Assembly: GCA_963657245.1 (NCBI GenBank)
Contig: CAVKLJ010000007.1
Location: 6,519-70,518 of the forward strand
Length of the DNA stretch: 64,000 bases
Direction of reading: 5' to 3'
Source of the DNA: Lachnospiraceae bacterium
GTDB lineage: Bacteria; Bacillota_I; Bacilli_A; RFN20; CAG-826
The notes under the pieces were generated by a model. The model had not been told where the DNA came from and made no database searches. It saw only the letters and a list, made by a program, of their open reading frames with translations. The translations under genes and the position numbers were made by a program. Of the stretch, positions 38,220 to 46,673 are shown piece by piece. How positions within the stretch are numbered: position 1 is the first letter of the stretch; the number at the start of each line of letters is the position of its first letter.

Positions 38220-40319
38220 TCACGAAGATAAATCACCTAAAGGCTTATCAAAATATGTCCGGTAAGTTATCGTTCCTTCTTGATCGGTTCTTCTATAAGA
38301 AATTTTCAGTTTTTCTAAACGATTAATCACTTCTTCATTCGGATGCCCATATTTATTGTTGGCACCAACGGAAATTATGCAAACATCGGGATTTATGGTC
38401 TTTAAAAAGGCGTACGAAGACGACGTTTTAGATCCATGATGTCCTATTTTCAAGACGTTTGTCTTTAACGAAGGATTGTCTTTGATGATTTTGCTTTCGA
38501 TTTTTGTATCCGCATCTCCCATAAAAAGAAAATTCTTTCCCATAAAATCAAGGCTTAGCACTAGACTTTTTTCATTTTCATCATCTCCACCATATATGTT
38601 TAGATTTTCAAAGGTTAAGTTACCTATGGTAAGAGGAAATTCATTAGAGTCTTCTACGACTTTTTTAACAGAAAATTTCGATAAAAGGCTATCTTTTGCG
38701 CCAATATGGTCATAATCTCCATGGGAGGCAATCAAACAATCGATTTTATATACCTTTTCTTTTCGAAAGAAAGGAATCAAAACATCTGATGCCATATCAA
38801 AAGATATATTTCCGCCTGTGTCTAGCAAAACGGTCGTTCCTTTGTCTCGAATTAGAATCGAGTCACCTTGCCCAACATTTATAAAGCTAACCTCTTGAAG
38901 AAATGAATTTGTAATTGGTAAGGAAGGAAGCATTAAGGAAAATACCCCAATCGTCATTAACCACTTATTGATGCTAGAAAACCCCTTGTCAGCTAAATAG
39001 ATTGCTAAGAATATGCAAACATAATAGATGAAAACCGATACTAAAGGAAATTCTCCAAGAGGAACCGATAGACTGATTTTGTCGATAAAAGCTAACGATT
39101 TGTTAAGAAAAAGAGAATAATTTTCTAATAGAGAAACATAAGGAACGAGCAAAAAGGAGACCAAAGCGAAAACAGTGAAGGTTAAGACAAATGGCGTAAA
39201 AAGAAATGAAAACAAAGGAGCAAGCAATATAAATTCTCCTCTTACGTTAAAGAAAGGCAAAAGAAAGGAAACGAGCAAAATAAATGAAATGACTCTACTT
39301 TGATTCTTGCTAAATTTATTGAGATAAGGCCTCATGAAATACATAAAATAAGAAATACCATAGCCTAACAAAAATCCTGAATTCAACGATAAATATGGGT
39401 TAAAGGCAAATAAAATCATTCCACTCAAAGATAGATTAGACAAATAACTATCTTTTTTATTTCTCAAAAGACCTATTATCTCTAGCAACCTGATTAAGAT
39501 AACTCGATAAGTTCCTATTTTTCTTCCGATGAATATTGCTAGGAGTAGGCCGATTGAGATAGTTATGACTTTCGTTTTATTTTCATCGAACTTTAGTGAG
39601 AATACTTTGTTGACCCAACGCAAGATCAAGTTGAATATTATTCCGCTTGAAGAGAGAACGTTAAGACATCCAATTTGATTGGCCAATGCTACATTCTCAT
39701 TTTGGAAATCCTTCCTTAAAAACACGATCATATCTATAGTTCCGCTTGTCAAAGAAGAAAAATTGGCTAAGAAGCGCAATTCTTTTTCCCTTAATCTAAA
39801 CGGCCTAACGAAAATATTCTCAACGCTTTTTACACTCATGTTTTCCCTAACGCCTATATTCGAAAGATAAGAAGCAAAGGAAAATTTCGATTCGTATTCC
39901 GTGAAACTGCAAGATGAAATGTATCCCTTTAAAGATATGACATCGCCTATTTCTCTCGTGCAGTTTTTCTCGTAAACATAAACTCGTTTGATTCCATCGA
40001 ACAGAACGAAATAATTGTTTTTTGCTAGAATGACAATTCCTTTTAACTCATAATATCCGCTTCTTATAGGCAAATTATTTAGAATGGCTGAAAGCAAGAA
40101 TGAAAATAAAAACGCCGAAAAAAGGCTTATCAAGCCAACTTTTCCGCTTTTACTTGCTTGATAAGCCAATATTAAAAGAACGAGGCTTGGCAAAAGAATT
40201 TTAAGAGTAAGTAAGAAAAGACCGGAAATCCATCCAATTACCAAGCCTAGGAACAAGAATGCTAAGAACGTCTCTCTTTTTATTCCGTGAGAGTTATGTA
40301 TTTCTTGCATTTCTCCCAT
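38220..40319 (-). CDS. comEC: DNA internalisation competence protein ComEC/Rec2 with C-terminal MBL domain
   Basis: Polytopic competence domain followed by FINVGQGDSILI...ASHGDYDHIGA...GHHGS MBL motifs. Confidence 0.88.
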   Translation of the reverse strand: MGEMQEIHNSHGIKRETFLAFLFLGLVIGWISGLFLLTLKILLPSLVLLILAYQASKSGKVGLISLFSAFLFSFLLSAILNNLPIRSGYYELKGIVILAKNNYFVLFDGIKRVYVYEKNCTREIGDVISLKGYISSCSFTEYESKFSFASYLSNIGVRENMSVKSVENIFVRPFRLREKELRFLANFSSLTSGTIDMIVFLRKDFQNENVALANQIGCLNVLSSSGIIFNLILRWVNKVFSLKFDENKTKVITISIGLLLAIFIGRKIGTYRVILIRLLEIIGLLRNKKDSYLSNLSLSGMILFAFNPYLSLNSGFLLGYGISYFMYFMRPYLNKFSKNQSRVISFILLVSFLLPFFNVRGEFILLAPLFSFLFTPFVLTFTVFALVSFLLVPYVSLLENYSLFLNKSLAFIDKISLSVPLGEFPLVSVFIYYVCIFLAIYLADKGFSSINKWLMTIGVFSLMLPSLPITNSFLQEVSFINVGQGDSILIRDKGTTVLLDTGGNISFDMASDVLIPFFRKEKVYKIDCLIASHGDYDHIGAKDSLLSKFSVKKVVEDSNEFPLTIGNLTFENLNIYGGDDENEKSLVLSLDFMGKNFLFMGDADTKIESKIIKDNPSLKTNVLKIGHHGSKTSSSYAFLKTINPDVCIISVGANNKYGHPNEEVINRLEKLKISYRRTDQEGTITYRTYFDKPLGDLSS

Positions 40320-40825
40320 GTTGCAGGACCAATTCCAGAGACATTTTTGATTTCTTCCAATCTATTGAAAGAACCGTTGTCTGTACGATAGGTAACGATA
40401 TTATTGGCAACCGTCGATGAAAAACAACTTAATGTTTTTAACTCTTCCGCTGTTGCACTGTTAATACATTTCTTGCTTATTGGATCGGCAGAACAAGTGT
40501 TGCCATTATCAAACAACGGAGCGATATAACATTCCCAACCGTCTTCTAAAGATATCTCGACATTATACGCTTTGGGGTCGGCATTGCTAGTAACTCCTCC
40601 TGCCGAGGTAATTAAATCCTCTAGTGTTGAATCTTGGCTTAATAAATAAGTCCCTTCATGCGTGATTTCTCCTGAAATAGTTACTTCTAGGTCGGTGCTG
40701 GTTTTGCTTGATTGTTTTTGCGAGCTTGTTACTGGTGTTACGTTATTAGCAAAGTTGTCGACAACCGCTAAGGCAACTAAGGTTATAACCGTGATAACAA
40801 GCACCACGATGATGGTTTTGAACAT
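40280..40825 (-). CDS. comEA: Competence protein ComEA (membrane-anchored helix-hairpin-helix DNA receptor)
   Basis: N-terminal TM helix, SLBB-like middle region, C-terminal INSATAEELKTL...NVSGIGPATWEKC (HhH)2. Confidence 0.85.
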   Translation of the reverse strand: MFKTIIVVLVITVITLVALAVVDNFANNVTPVTSSQKQSSKTSTDLEVTISGEITHEGTYLLSQDSTLEDLITSAGGVTSNADPKAYNVEISLEDGWECYIAPLFDNGNTCSADPISKKCINSATAEELKTLSCFSSTVANNIVTYRTDNGSFNRLEEIKNVSGIGPATWEKCKKYITLTE

Positions 40826-40873
40826 TTTTCATCCTCCTCACCTTTTAATAGACGTATAAAATGAAAAACGGAC

Positions 40874-40897
40874 AAAAAAAGAGCTCCGAAGAGCTCT
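40874..40897 (-). terminator. Rho-independent terminator after greA
   Basis: Minus strand reads agagctc-ttcg-gagctct followed by ttttttt. Confidence 0.8.
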
Positions 40898-40916
40898 AAA
40901 ACATCAAAAACATATT

Positions 40917-41402
40917 TTATTCAGCGTGGCTGAAGGAAAGAATTTCAATTTCGTATGGTGAAGCACATTCGACAAGAAGCTTATCATTAGATGCAGCTTT
41001 GCCAAGTAATGTCTTTCCTAATGGGGAAGTTGCAGAAATCTTAGCAGGTGAAGCTAAAACGTCACTTTCATCGCTAGAAACGACTTGAACGGTGATTTCA
41101 GCATTCTTCTTGAAATTCTTGAAGGTAACAAAATCGGTGATTCCGATTGTTTTGGATGTGGAATTATCGGCAACTGTAGCATGCTCGATTTTTGAAGTTA
41201 ATTCGGCAATTCTTGTTTCGATTTCGCCTTGTAACTTCTTAGCTGCGTCGTAATCGGCGTTTTCTGATAAGTCGCCTTGGGAACGGGCTAATTGAAGAGC
41301 TTCGAGATTGGCTGGTTTTTGAACATTAACTAAGTCGTTAAGTTCAGCCTTCATCTCTTCCAATTTCTTAGCGGTATATATAACTTTTTTATCGTCTTTC
41401 AT
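40917..41402 (-). CDS. greA: Transcription elongation factor GreA
   Basis: Coiled-coil N-terminus with ARSQGDLSENADYDAAK and a C-terminal FKBP-like domain (SPLGKTLLGK). Start chosen at MKDDKK. Confidence 0.92.
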   Translation of the reverse strand: MKDDKKVIYTAKKLEEMKAELNDLVNVQKPANLEALQLARSQGDLSENADYDAAKKLQGEIETRIAELTSKIEHATVADNSTSKTIGITDFVTFKNFKKNAEITVQVVSSDESDVLASPAKISATSPLGKTLLGKAASNDKLLVECASPYEIEILSFSHAE

Positions 41403-41463
41403 TTTAATCTCCTCATGAACTTTATAGATTATAGTAAATAAATTATTCAATGCCAAAAAGAAA

Positions 41464-41727
41464 CTACTTTAAGCCTTCAATTTTTGGATCATTTTCATAA
41501 GTTTCAAGGACTTCGTTGGCTTCTTCATATTCTTCATCGGATACGTTTTCTAGGCTAACTCCATCGCTTGATGCCATGACTATGAGTGAATCTTCATCCT
41601 CTTCTTTGTAGATAAAGTAATAAGTTTTATTTCTTTCATCTACATGGTAGAAGAAATAAATCTTCCACTCCTCCGTCGTTCCATCATCTTTTGTGATGAG
41701 TATTGTGTTATCGTTTATTTCAATCAT
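41464..41727 (-). CDS. DUF1292/UPF0473 family protein (YrzB-like)
   Basis: 87 aa, acidic: ITKDDGTTEEWKIYFFYHVDERNKTYYFIY...EEYEEANEVLE. It follows alaS as in Bacillota. Confidence 0.7.
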   Translation of the reverse strand: MIEINDNTILITKDDGTTEEWKIYFFYHVDERNKTYYFIYKEEDEDSLIVMASSDGVSLENVSDEEYEEANEVLETYENDPKIEGLK

Positions 41728-41737
41728 GGAAAGCTCC

Positions 41738-44341
41738 TTATAAAGTCTCTTTTATTTCTTTCAATGCCTCAGAAAGATTGGAAACGCTCTTTAATTGTCC
41801 GGAAGCCATCTCTGCTCTTCCGCCACCAGATCCACCAAGATGCTTGGCTAAGGTCTTTACGATATCACCAGCTTTTATTTTGCTAAGGGCATTTCCACCA
41901 ACGAAAGCGCTGACTGGTCTTGCACCTTCTTCGCCACCGATAACGATGAAAGCATAATCTTTCTTAGAAGATTTTAATGAATCCCCCAAAGTAAGTAATT
42001 CTTGGCGAGATAAGCCATCCTTGACTAATGCTAAGAAGGAAATTCCATCGATTTCTTCGATATTTGAAGAAACGTTCTTTGCTTCATATGCAGCAATCTT
42101 TTCCTTAGCCTCAGCAAGTTGTTTTCTTAAAGAATTTTCTTCAGCCAATAATGATTCTAAACGTTTGGATAATTCAGAATCTTTGACGCCTAATACGTTT
42201 TCGGCATTAGAAAGGACAAAGGTGCGTTTGGAAAGATAACGGAAGGCGCCTAAGGAAGTTAAAGCCTGAATTCTTCTAACACCAGAGGAAATGGCATCGT
42301 CACTTTGAATGACAAAGACACCGATTTCAGAAGTGTTCTTAACATGTGTGCCACCGCAGAACTCTTTGCTGTAATCACCAAATTCAACGACTCTGACGGT
42401 ATCACCATATTTCTCGGAGAATTCCATTTCTGCGCCAAGTTTCTTAGCCTCTTCAATTGGAAGGATTTCTGTAACTTCCTTGATGCCTTCGGATATTTTC
42501 GCGTTAACTTGTTCTTCGATTTCCTTTAATTCATCGGAAGTAAGCTTATGATCGGTTTCATAGTCGAAACGTAAATAGTTTTCATCGACGTAGGATCCCA
42601 TTTGTTTAGCGTGTTTTCCTAAAACATCACTTAAGGCGGAATGCAATAAGTGTGTTGCGGAGTGGTTACGTTCGATTAAACGTCTTCTTTCGCTATCTAA
42701 AGAAAGATCAACGACATCGCCGACGCTTAATTTGCCATATTGTAAAACAACATGATGTAAATGTTGACCATTTGTTGCTTTGGAAACCCCTTCAACTAAG
42801 CCTGAAACTTGTTCATTCTTAAAGGAGCCTTTATCAGAAACTTGGCCACCCATTTCCGCATAGAATGGGGTCTTATCAAAAATGACGTCCCCTTCTTCTT
42901 CTAAAGAATCGGTCTTGACTCCATCAACGAATATGCCAATAACCTTGCTTTGGGTTTCATCCTTATCATAAAGGAATTCAGACGTTTCTTTGAATTCCAT
43001 TAAATCTTTCGACTGTTTATGGAAAGAATCAATTTGTCCACGGGCAGAACGCGCTCTTTCACGTTGTTCTTCCATTAAGGCTTCGTAGCCTTCCATATCA
43101 CAGCTTACGCCGTTTTCTGCGGCAATTTCCTTGCTTAAATCAGCTGGGAAACCATATGTATCATAAAGTAAGAAGATATCTTTTCCTGATAAGACTTTTG
43201 TATCTTTGAGCATGTCTTTTAAGATCGCTTCGCCCTTATCAAGGGCTTTAATGAATTTTTCTTCTTCGCTCTTGATCATCTTCGTGACTTGCTCTTCTTT
43301 TTCTAATAGTTCAGGATAGAAGTCTTTGTATTTTTCCACGACGATATGAACGAGCTTATACATGAATGGCTCATGGAAATTGATCTTTTGGCCATAACGC
43401 ATAGCGCGACGGATAATACGGCGCAAAACATAGCCACGTCCTAAATTAGAGAAGGTCGCACCATCACTTAAAGCAAAGGTTAAACATCTAATATGGTCAG
43501 CAATGACACGGAAAGACATCTTATGTTCTTCATCGTATTTAACACCAGAAAGCTCTTCGCATTTTTCAATTATTGGCATGAACAAATCTGTTTCAAAATT
43601 TGTTGGAGTGCCTTGCAAAATGCAAGCAATTCTCTCTAAACCAGCGCCAGTATCAATGTTTTTGGATGGAAGCTCTTTGTATTTTTCTCTTGGAACTCCA
43701 TTGACCGCATTATATTGGGAGAAGACAATTCCCCAGATCTCGATATAACGATCGTTTTCTAAATCATCTTGAAGAAGTTTGATGCCAAGATGTTCTGGAT
43801 CCCAACTTTCTCCACGGTCATAGAAAACCTCGGTGTTTGGGCCGCATGGTCCTTCGCCAATTTGCCAATAATTGCCTTCTAACGCAACTAAATGCGAGGC
43901 AGGCATGCCAACTTTTTGCCAAAGTTCATACGATGCCTTATCGCTTGGATTATATGTGACATAGATCTTTTCTGGATCAAGGCCAAAGCCGTTTTCCTTA
44001 CTTGTTAAGATTTCATAAGCCCATGGGATGACTTCATTACGGAAATAATCGCCAATAGAGAAATTTCCAAGCATTTCAAAGAAGGTATGGTGCCTTGCTG
44101 TATGTCCGACGTTCTCGATATCGTTTGTACGGATAGATTTTTGAACGTTCACGATTCTTCTTGATGGCGGAACCTCAGATCCATCAAAATATTTCTTAAG
44201 ACCTGTGACACCTGCGTTAACCCATAATAATGATTTATCATCTTGTGGGATTAAGTTAACGCCTGGCAAATAATGATGGCCTTTGCTTTCAAAGAAACGA
44301 ATCCAGGTTTCTCTAATTTCTTGACCGGTTAATGGTTTCAT
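41738..44341 (-). CDS. alaS: Alanine--tRNA ligase
   Basis: FFESKGH, FTNAGM-like WVNAGVTG, HHTFFEMLGNFS, editing-domain HSATHLLH and CGGTHV, C-terminal DHHA1. Start chosen at MKPLTGQEIR; the ORF-track extension to 44416 runs into the T-box leader. Confidence 0.95.
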   Translation of the reverse strand: MKPLTGQEIRETWIRFFESKGHHYLPGVNLIPQDDKSLLWVNAGVTGLKKYFDGSEVPPSRRIVNVQKSIRTNDIENVGHTARHHTFFEMLGNFSIGDYFRNEVIPWAYEILTSKENGFGLDPEKIYVTYNPSDKASYELWQKVGMPASHLVALEGNYWQIGEGPCGPNTEVFYDRGESWDPEHLGIKLLQDDLENDRYIEIWGIVFSQYNAVNGVPREKYKELPSKNIDTGAGLERIACILQGTPTNFETDLFMPIIEKCEELSGVKYDEEHKMSFRVIADHIRCLTFALSDGATFSNLGRGYVLRRIIRRAMRYGQKINFHEPFMYKLVHIVVEKYKDFYPELLEKEEQVTKMIKSEEEKFIKALDKGEAILKDMLKDTKVLSGKDIFLLYDTYGFPADLSKEIAAENGVSCDMEGYEALMEEQRERARSARGQIDSFHKQSKDLMEFKETSEFLYDKDETQSKVIGIFVDGVKTDSLEEEGDVIFDKTPFYAEMGGQVSDKGSFKNEQVSGLVEGVSKATNGQHLHHVVLQYGKLSVGDVVDLSLDSERRRLIERNHSATHLLHSALSDVLGKHAKQMGSYVDENYLRFDYETDHKLTSDELKEIEEQVNAKISEGIKEVTEILPIEEAKKLGAEMEFSEKYGDTVRVVEFGDYSKEFCGGTHVKNTSEIGVFVIQSDDAISSGVRRIQALTSLGAFRYLSKRTFVLSNAENVLGVKDSELSKRLESLLAEENSLRKQLAEAKEKIAAYEAKNVSSNIEEIDGISFLALVKDGLSRQELLTLGDSLKSSKKDYAFIVIGGEEGARPVSAFVGGNALSKIKAGDIVKTLAKHLGGSGGGRAEMASGQLKSVSNLSEALKEIKETL

Positions 44342-44545
44342 GCAAAACTCCTTTAAAAAAATAAAACACCCTCGAGAAAGAACGCTAGGCAGCGCGGTAC
44401 CATCTTTCTTCACCAAAGGTGCGACTCATTTCAATTCTTAACGCGAAATCACGGTGACATTACTCACAACAAGGCAAGGTGGCGTGTCTCTTAAGCTTTT
44501 CCATCATGAGGCTCTCTCTAGAAAGAGACTTATTCTTGCAACAAA
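44342..44545 (-). promoter_or_regulatory. T-box riboswitch leader of alaS (Ala specifier), with a TATAAT -10 box at 44547-44552
   Basis: Minus strand has a Stem I base GCAAG/CTTGC, an internal loop acGCCAc (GCC Ala codon plus purine, 44483-44481), AG bulge AGAGA and distal loop GAUGGAA. The T-box core is AGAtGGTACCGCG (about 44392-44408). The terminator pairs AGAAAGA with TCTTTCT and CACC with GGTG, followed by TTTTATTTTTTT. Confidence 0.85.
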
Positions 44546-44580
44546 GATTATACGACCTTTATTAAATAAATAAAGACAAA

Positions 44581-45399
44581 CTAATATTTAAAATAAACAC
44601 TTGTCGGTATTTCTCTAGGCGATGTTTTTTGCTGAAGCCCAGGAAAAGTCTTTCCCCATCCCGAAGCGTAGTTATAAAACTCTGAAAATGTTGAGTAATG
44701 ATCGTTAGTGAAGTAACAAACCGGGGAGTCATCTTCATAGTCTTCGATTCCATCGACTACGACTACGACCCTTCCAGCACCTCTACCGCCTTTGATCGCA
44801 TAAGAATCGTTCAAAGCGATATCAAGTTCAAGGTATTGACCACTTTTGTTATTGAAAACGCCTAAGGATTCCGTGTAACTATTAGATCCTTTATATGCGC
44901 CATAAGTAAAGGTTTGCATCGCACGATATTCTTTTCCCGAAGGAATGTTAGACGTGTCTTTTTTGTTATACAAATAATAATTCGGAGGAGCAACTCTAAA
45001 TGCTTGATAATAAAGAGCTACAGTTTCATAAGTGTAGCAATAATCGCTCTTTTTTATTGTCAACGTTGTTGGATAAGCTAAATATTTCTCTGTATCGTAC
45101 TTAACGTTATAGACCGTAAATTCATCGTCGGTAACAAGAGTTGGAGTTACGCGGTAAGTTTTATTAGTCTCTGGCATTGTGGAGTTTGTAACTTCTTCAT
45201 AAGTAACTGTTTCGGTTTGTTTTTCGGCTTTCGGATAAGAATCTTCCTTGGTTGAAGAATGACTTGATTCCGAGGAGTTTGTTTCCGAACTCGATTCTTC
45301 ATATGAAGAGTTAGAAGAACTATTGTTGTTATTTTGGCAAGAGAAAAGACTTGTAACGCCAATAAGGCCAAATGTGAGAATAAGCTTATTAAATTTCAT
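44581..45399 (-). CDS. Lipoprotein with C-terminal barnase/RNase Sa (N1/T1 microbial ribonuclease) domain
   Basis: Signal peptide plus lipobox (TSLFSC) and a Ser/Glu-rich linker. The C-terminus ALYYQAFRVAPPNYY...YLELDI...RGAGRVVV...CYFTNDHYSTF parallels RNase Sa YHEYTV...RGTRRII...YYTGDHYATF. Confidence 0.7.
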   Translation of the reverse strand: MKFNKLILTFGLIGVTSLFSCQNNNNSSSNSSYEESSSETNSSESSHSSTKEDSYPKAEKQTETVTYEEVTNSTMPETNKTYRVTPTLVTDDEFTVYNVKYDTEKYLAYPTTLTIKKSDYCYTYETVALYYQAFRVAPPNYYLYNKKDTSNIPSGKEYRAMQTFTYGAYKGSNSYTESLGVFNNKSGQYLELDIALNDSYAIKGGRGAGRVVVVVDGIEDYEDDSPVCYFTNDHYSTFSEFYNYASGWGKTFPGLQQKTSPREIPTSVYFKY

Positions 45400-45432
45400 T
45401 GTTTTATTATCTTTGATTGTTTTTTTGAATTG

Positions 45433-46659
45433 TTAATTCCAAGAAGAAGGCATTGTACGATTATTTTTCATCCAATCGGTATCTTTGAGTTTTGTGGAAT
45501 TATTAGAACCTGTTATGGTTTTTACGCCACTTGTATCGTAATTAACATTGATTGTGCCGTTTAATTCTCCACCTTCACCGATTGAACCTTTATCGCCAGT
45601 GCTAACTGCATAGTTTGTTACATAAACATCATCCGTATATTTTGCCCATATATCCAAGGTCGCCTGATATGGCATGGTGTTGTCATTATTTGGGGTATAT
45701 TCATTGCTTCCAGCAACGCAACACGTGCAAATGGTTTCTGGATCAATGGCTTTAAGCAAGGAATCAGGATTAGCGTTTATTGAGCCGTGATGTCCACCTT
45801 TGTATAAATCAACCTTGCCAATGTCGTTTTTGGAAAGAAGGGTTGCTATGCCTTTTTCCTCCAAATCACCGGTAAAAAGCATCTTTTTATCGCCTTGCTT
45901 GAATAAGAGACAGACGCTGTAATCATTTTCATCACTTCCGCCAGCGCTCTTTTCATAATAATCTTGGTAAAGAACGCTCATACTTAGGCCTTTGCCTAAA
46001 TCAAAGGTTTTTGAAGCGCCATTAGTCTCGTTATAGCATTCTAAGGCCGTGTAATGTTTTGCCCCTTTACCGACCGCATAATCACGTGCTGTGACATAAT
46101 TCGAATAATTTTTCGTAGTAGAAACTGTTTTTGGGAAATCTATGATCGTTCCGACATCATACGTATAAAATATGCCATTGTTAGACGTGCCATAGAATCC
46201 AGGAAGATGGTCGGCGTGGGCGTGGGTAGCAACAACATACTCAAGCTTGTTGTCTACGCAATGTTTGTTGATTTCTTCAGCAATCAAGGAATAATTTTGA
46301 GCTTTTGGCCCTGCATCGATAAGGATGTCGTTATCCCCTGCTTTAATATAGATAGAATCGCCATTATAAAGTTTTCCACTCTTTCCTGCTGATATGAAAT
46401 AGAAAGAGATTTGATCAAACGTTCCGTCCCCTTCAATTGTTGAAGATGATGATGAACTAGAGCTTGAAGAGGAAGAACTGCTAGATGAAGAACTTTGCTG
46501 ATTGTTATCAAAGAAACCGTTTCTATAGAGAATATAGCCAGCAACTCCAGCCGCTACTAAAGCAACCACAACCACCGAAACTACAAGTACAGGATGTTTC
46601 TTTGCTTCTTTTTTTATCGCTTTTTGCGTCTTTTTAGATATCTTTTTCTTTTTTGCCAT
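45433..46659 (-). CDS. Membrane-anchored extracytoplasmic MBL-fold hydrolase (ComEC C-terminal-domain-like), with poly-Ser linker
   Basis: Basic N-terminus, one TM helix and a long run of consecutive Ser residues. MBL motifs are ILIDAGP, ATHAHADHLPG and GGHHGS. Confidence 0.7.
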   Translation of the reverse strand: MAKKKKISKKTQKAIKKEAKKHPVLVVSVVVVALVAAGVAGYILYRNGFFDNNQQSSSSSSSSSSSSSSSSSSTIEGDGTFDQISFYFISAGKSGKLYNGDSIYIKAGDNDILIDAGPKAQNYSLIAEEINKHCVDNKLEYVVATHAHADHLPGFYGTSNNGIFYTYDVGTIIDFPKTVSTTKNYSNYVTARDYAVGKGAKHYTALECYNETNGASKTFDLGKGLSMSVLYQDYYEKSAGGSDENDYSVCLLFKQGDKKMLFTGDLEEKGIATLLSKNDIGKVDLYKGGHHGSINANPDSLLKAIDPETICTCCVAGSNEYTPNNDNTMPYQATLDIWAKYTDDVYVTNYAVSTGDKGSIGEGGELNGTINVNYDTSGVKTITGSNNSTKLKDTDWMKNNRTMPSSWN

Positions 46660-46673
46660 CGTTAATTACCTAA

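Noticed and set aside
44342-44416. N-terminal 25-codon extension of alaS in the ORF track (and similar extensions of glyQS, cdd, greA, rpsU, the DEAD-box helicase and the GlpA-like gene)
   Set aside because: The alaS extension translates the T-box terminator and T-box core. The other extensions overlap upstream genes or AT-rich promoter DNA and precede conserved N-termini that begin at internal ATGs.
46440-46500. The poly-serine tract as a simple-sequence contingency (phase-variation) locus
   Set aside because: The run is encoded by a mixture of TCA/TCT/AGC/AGT codons, not a homopolymer or short tandem DNA repeat. Slipped-strand variation is therefore unlikely.
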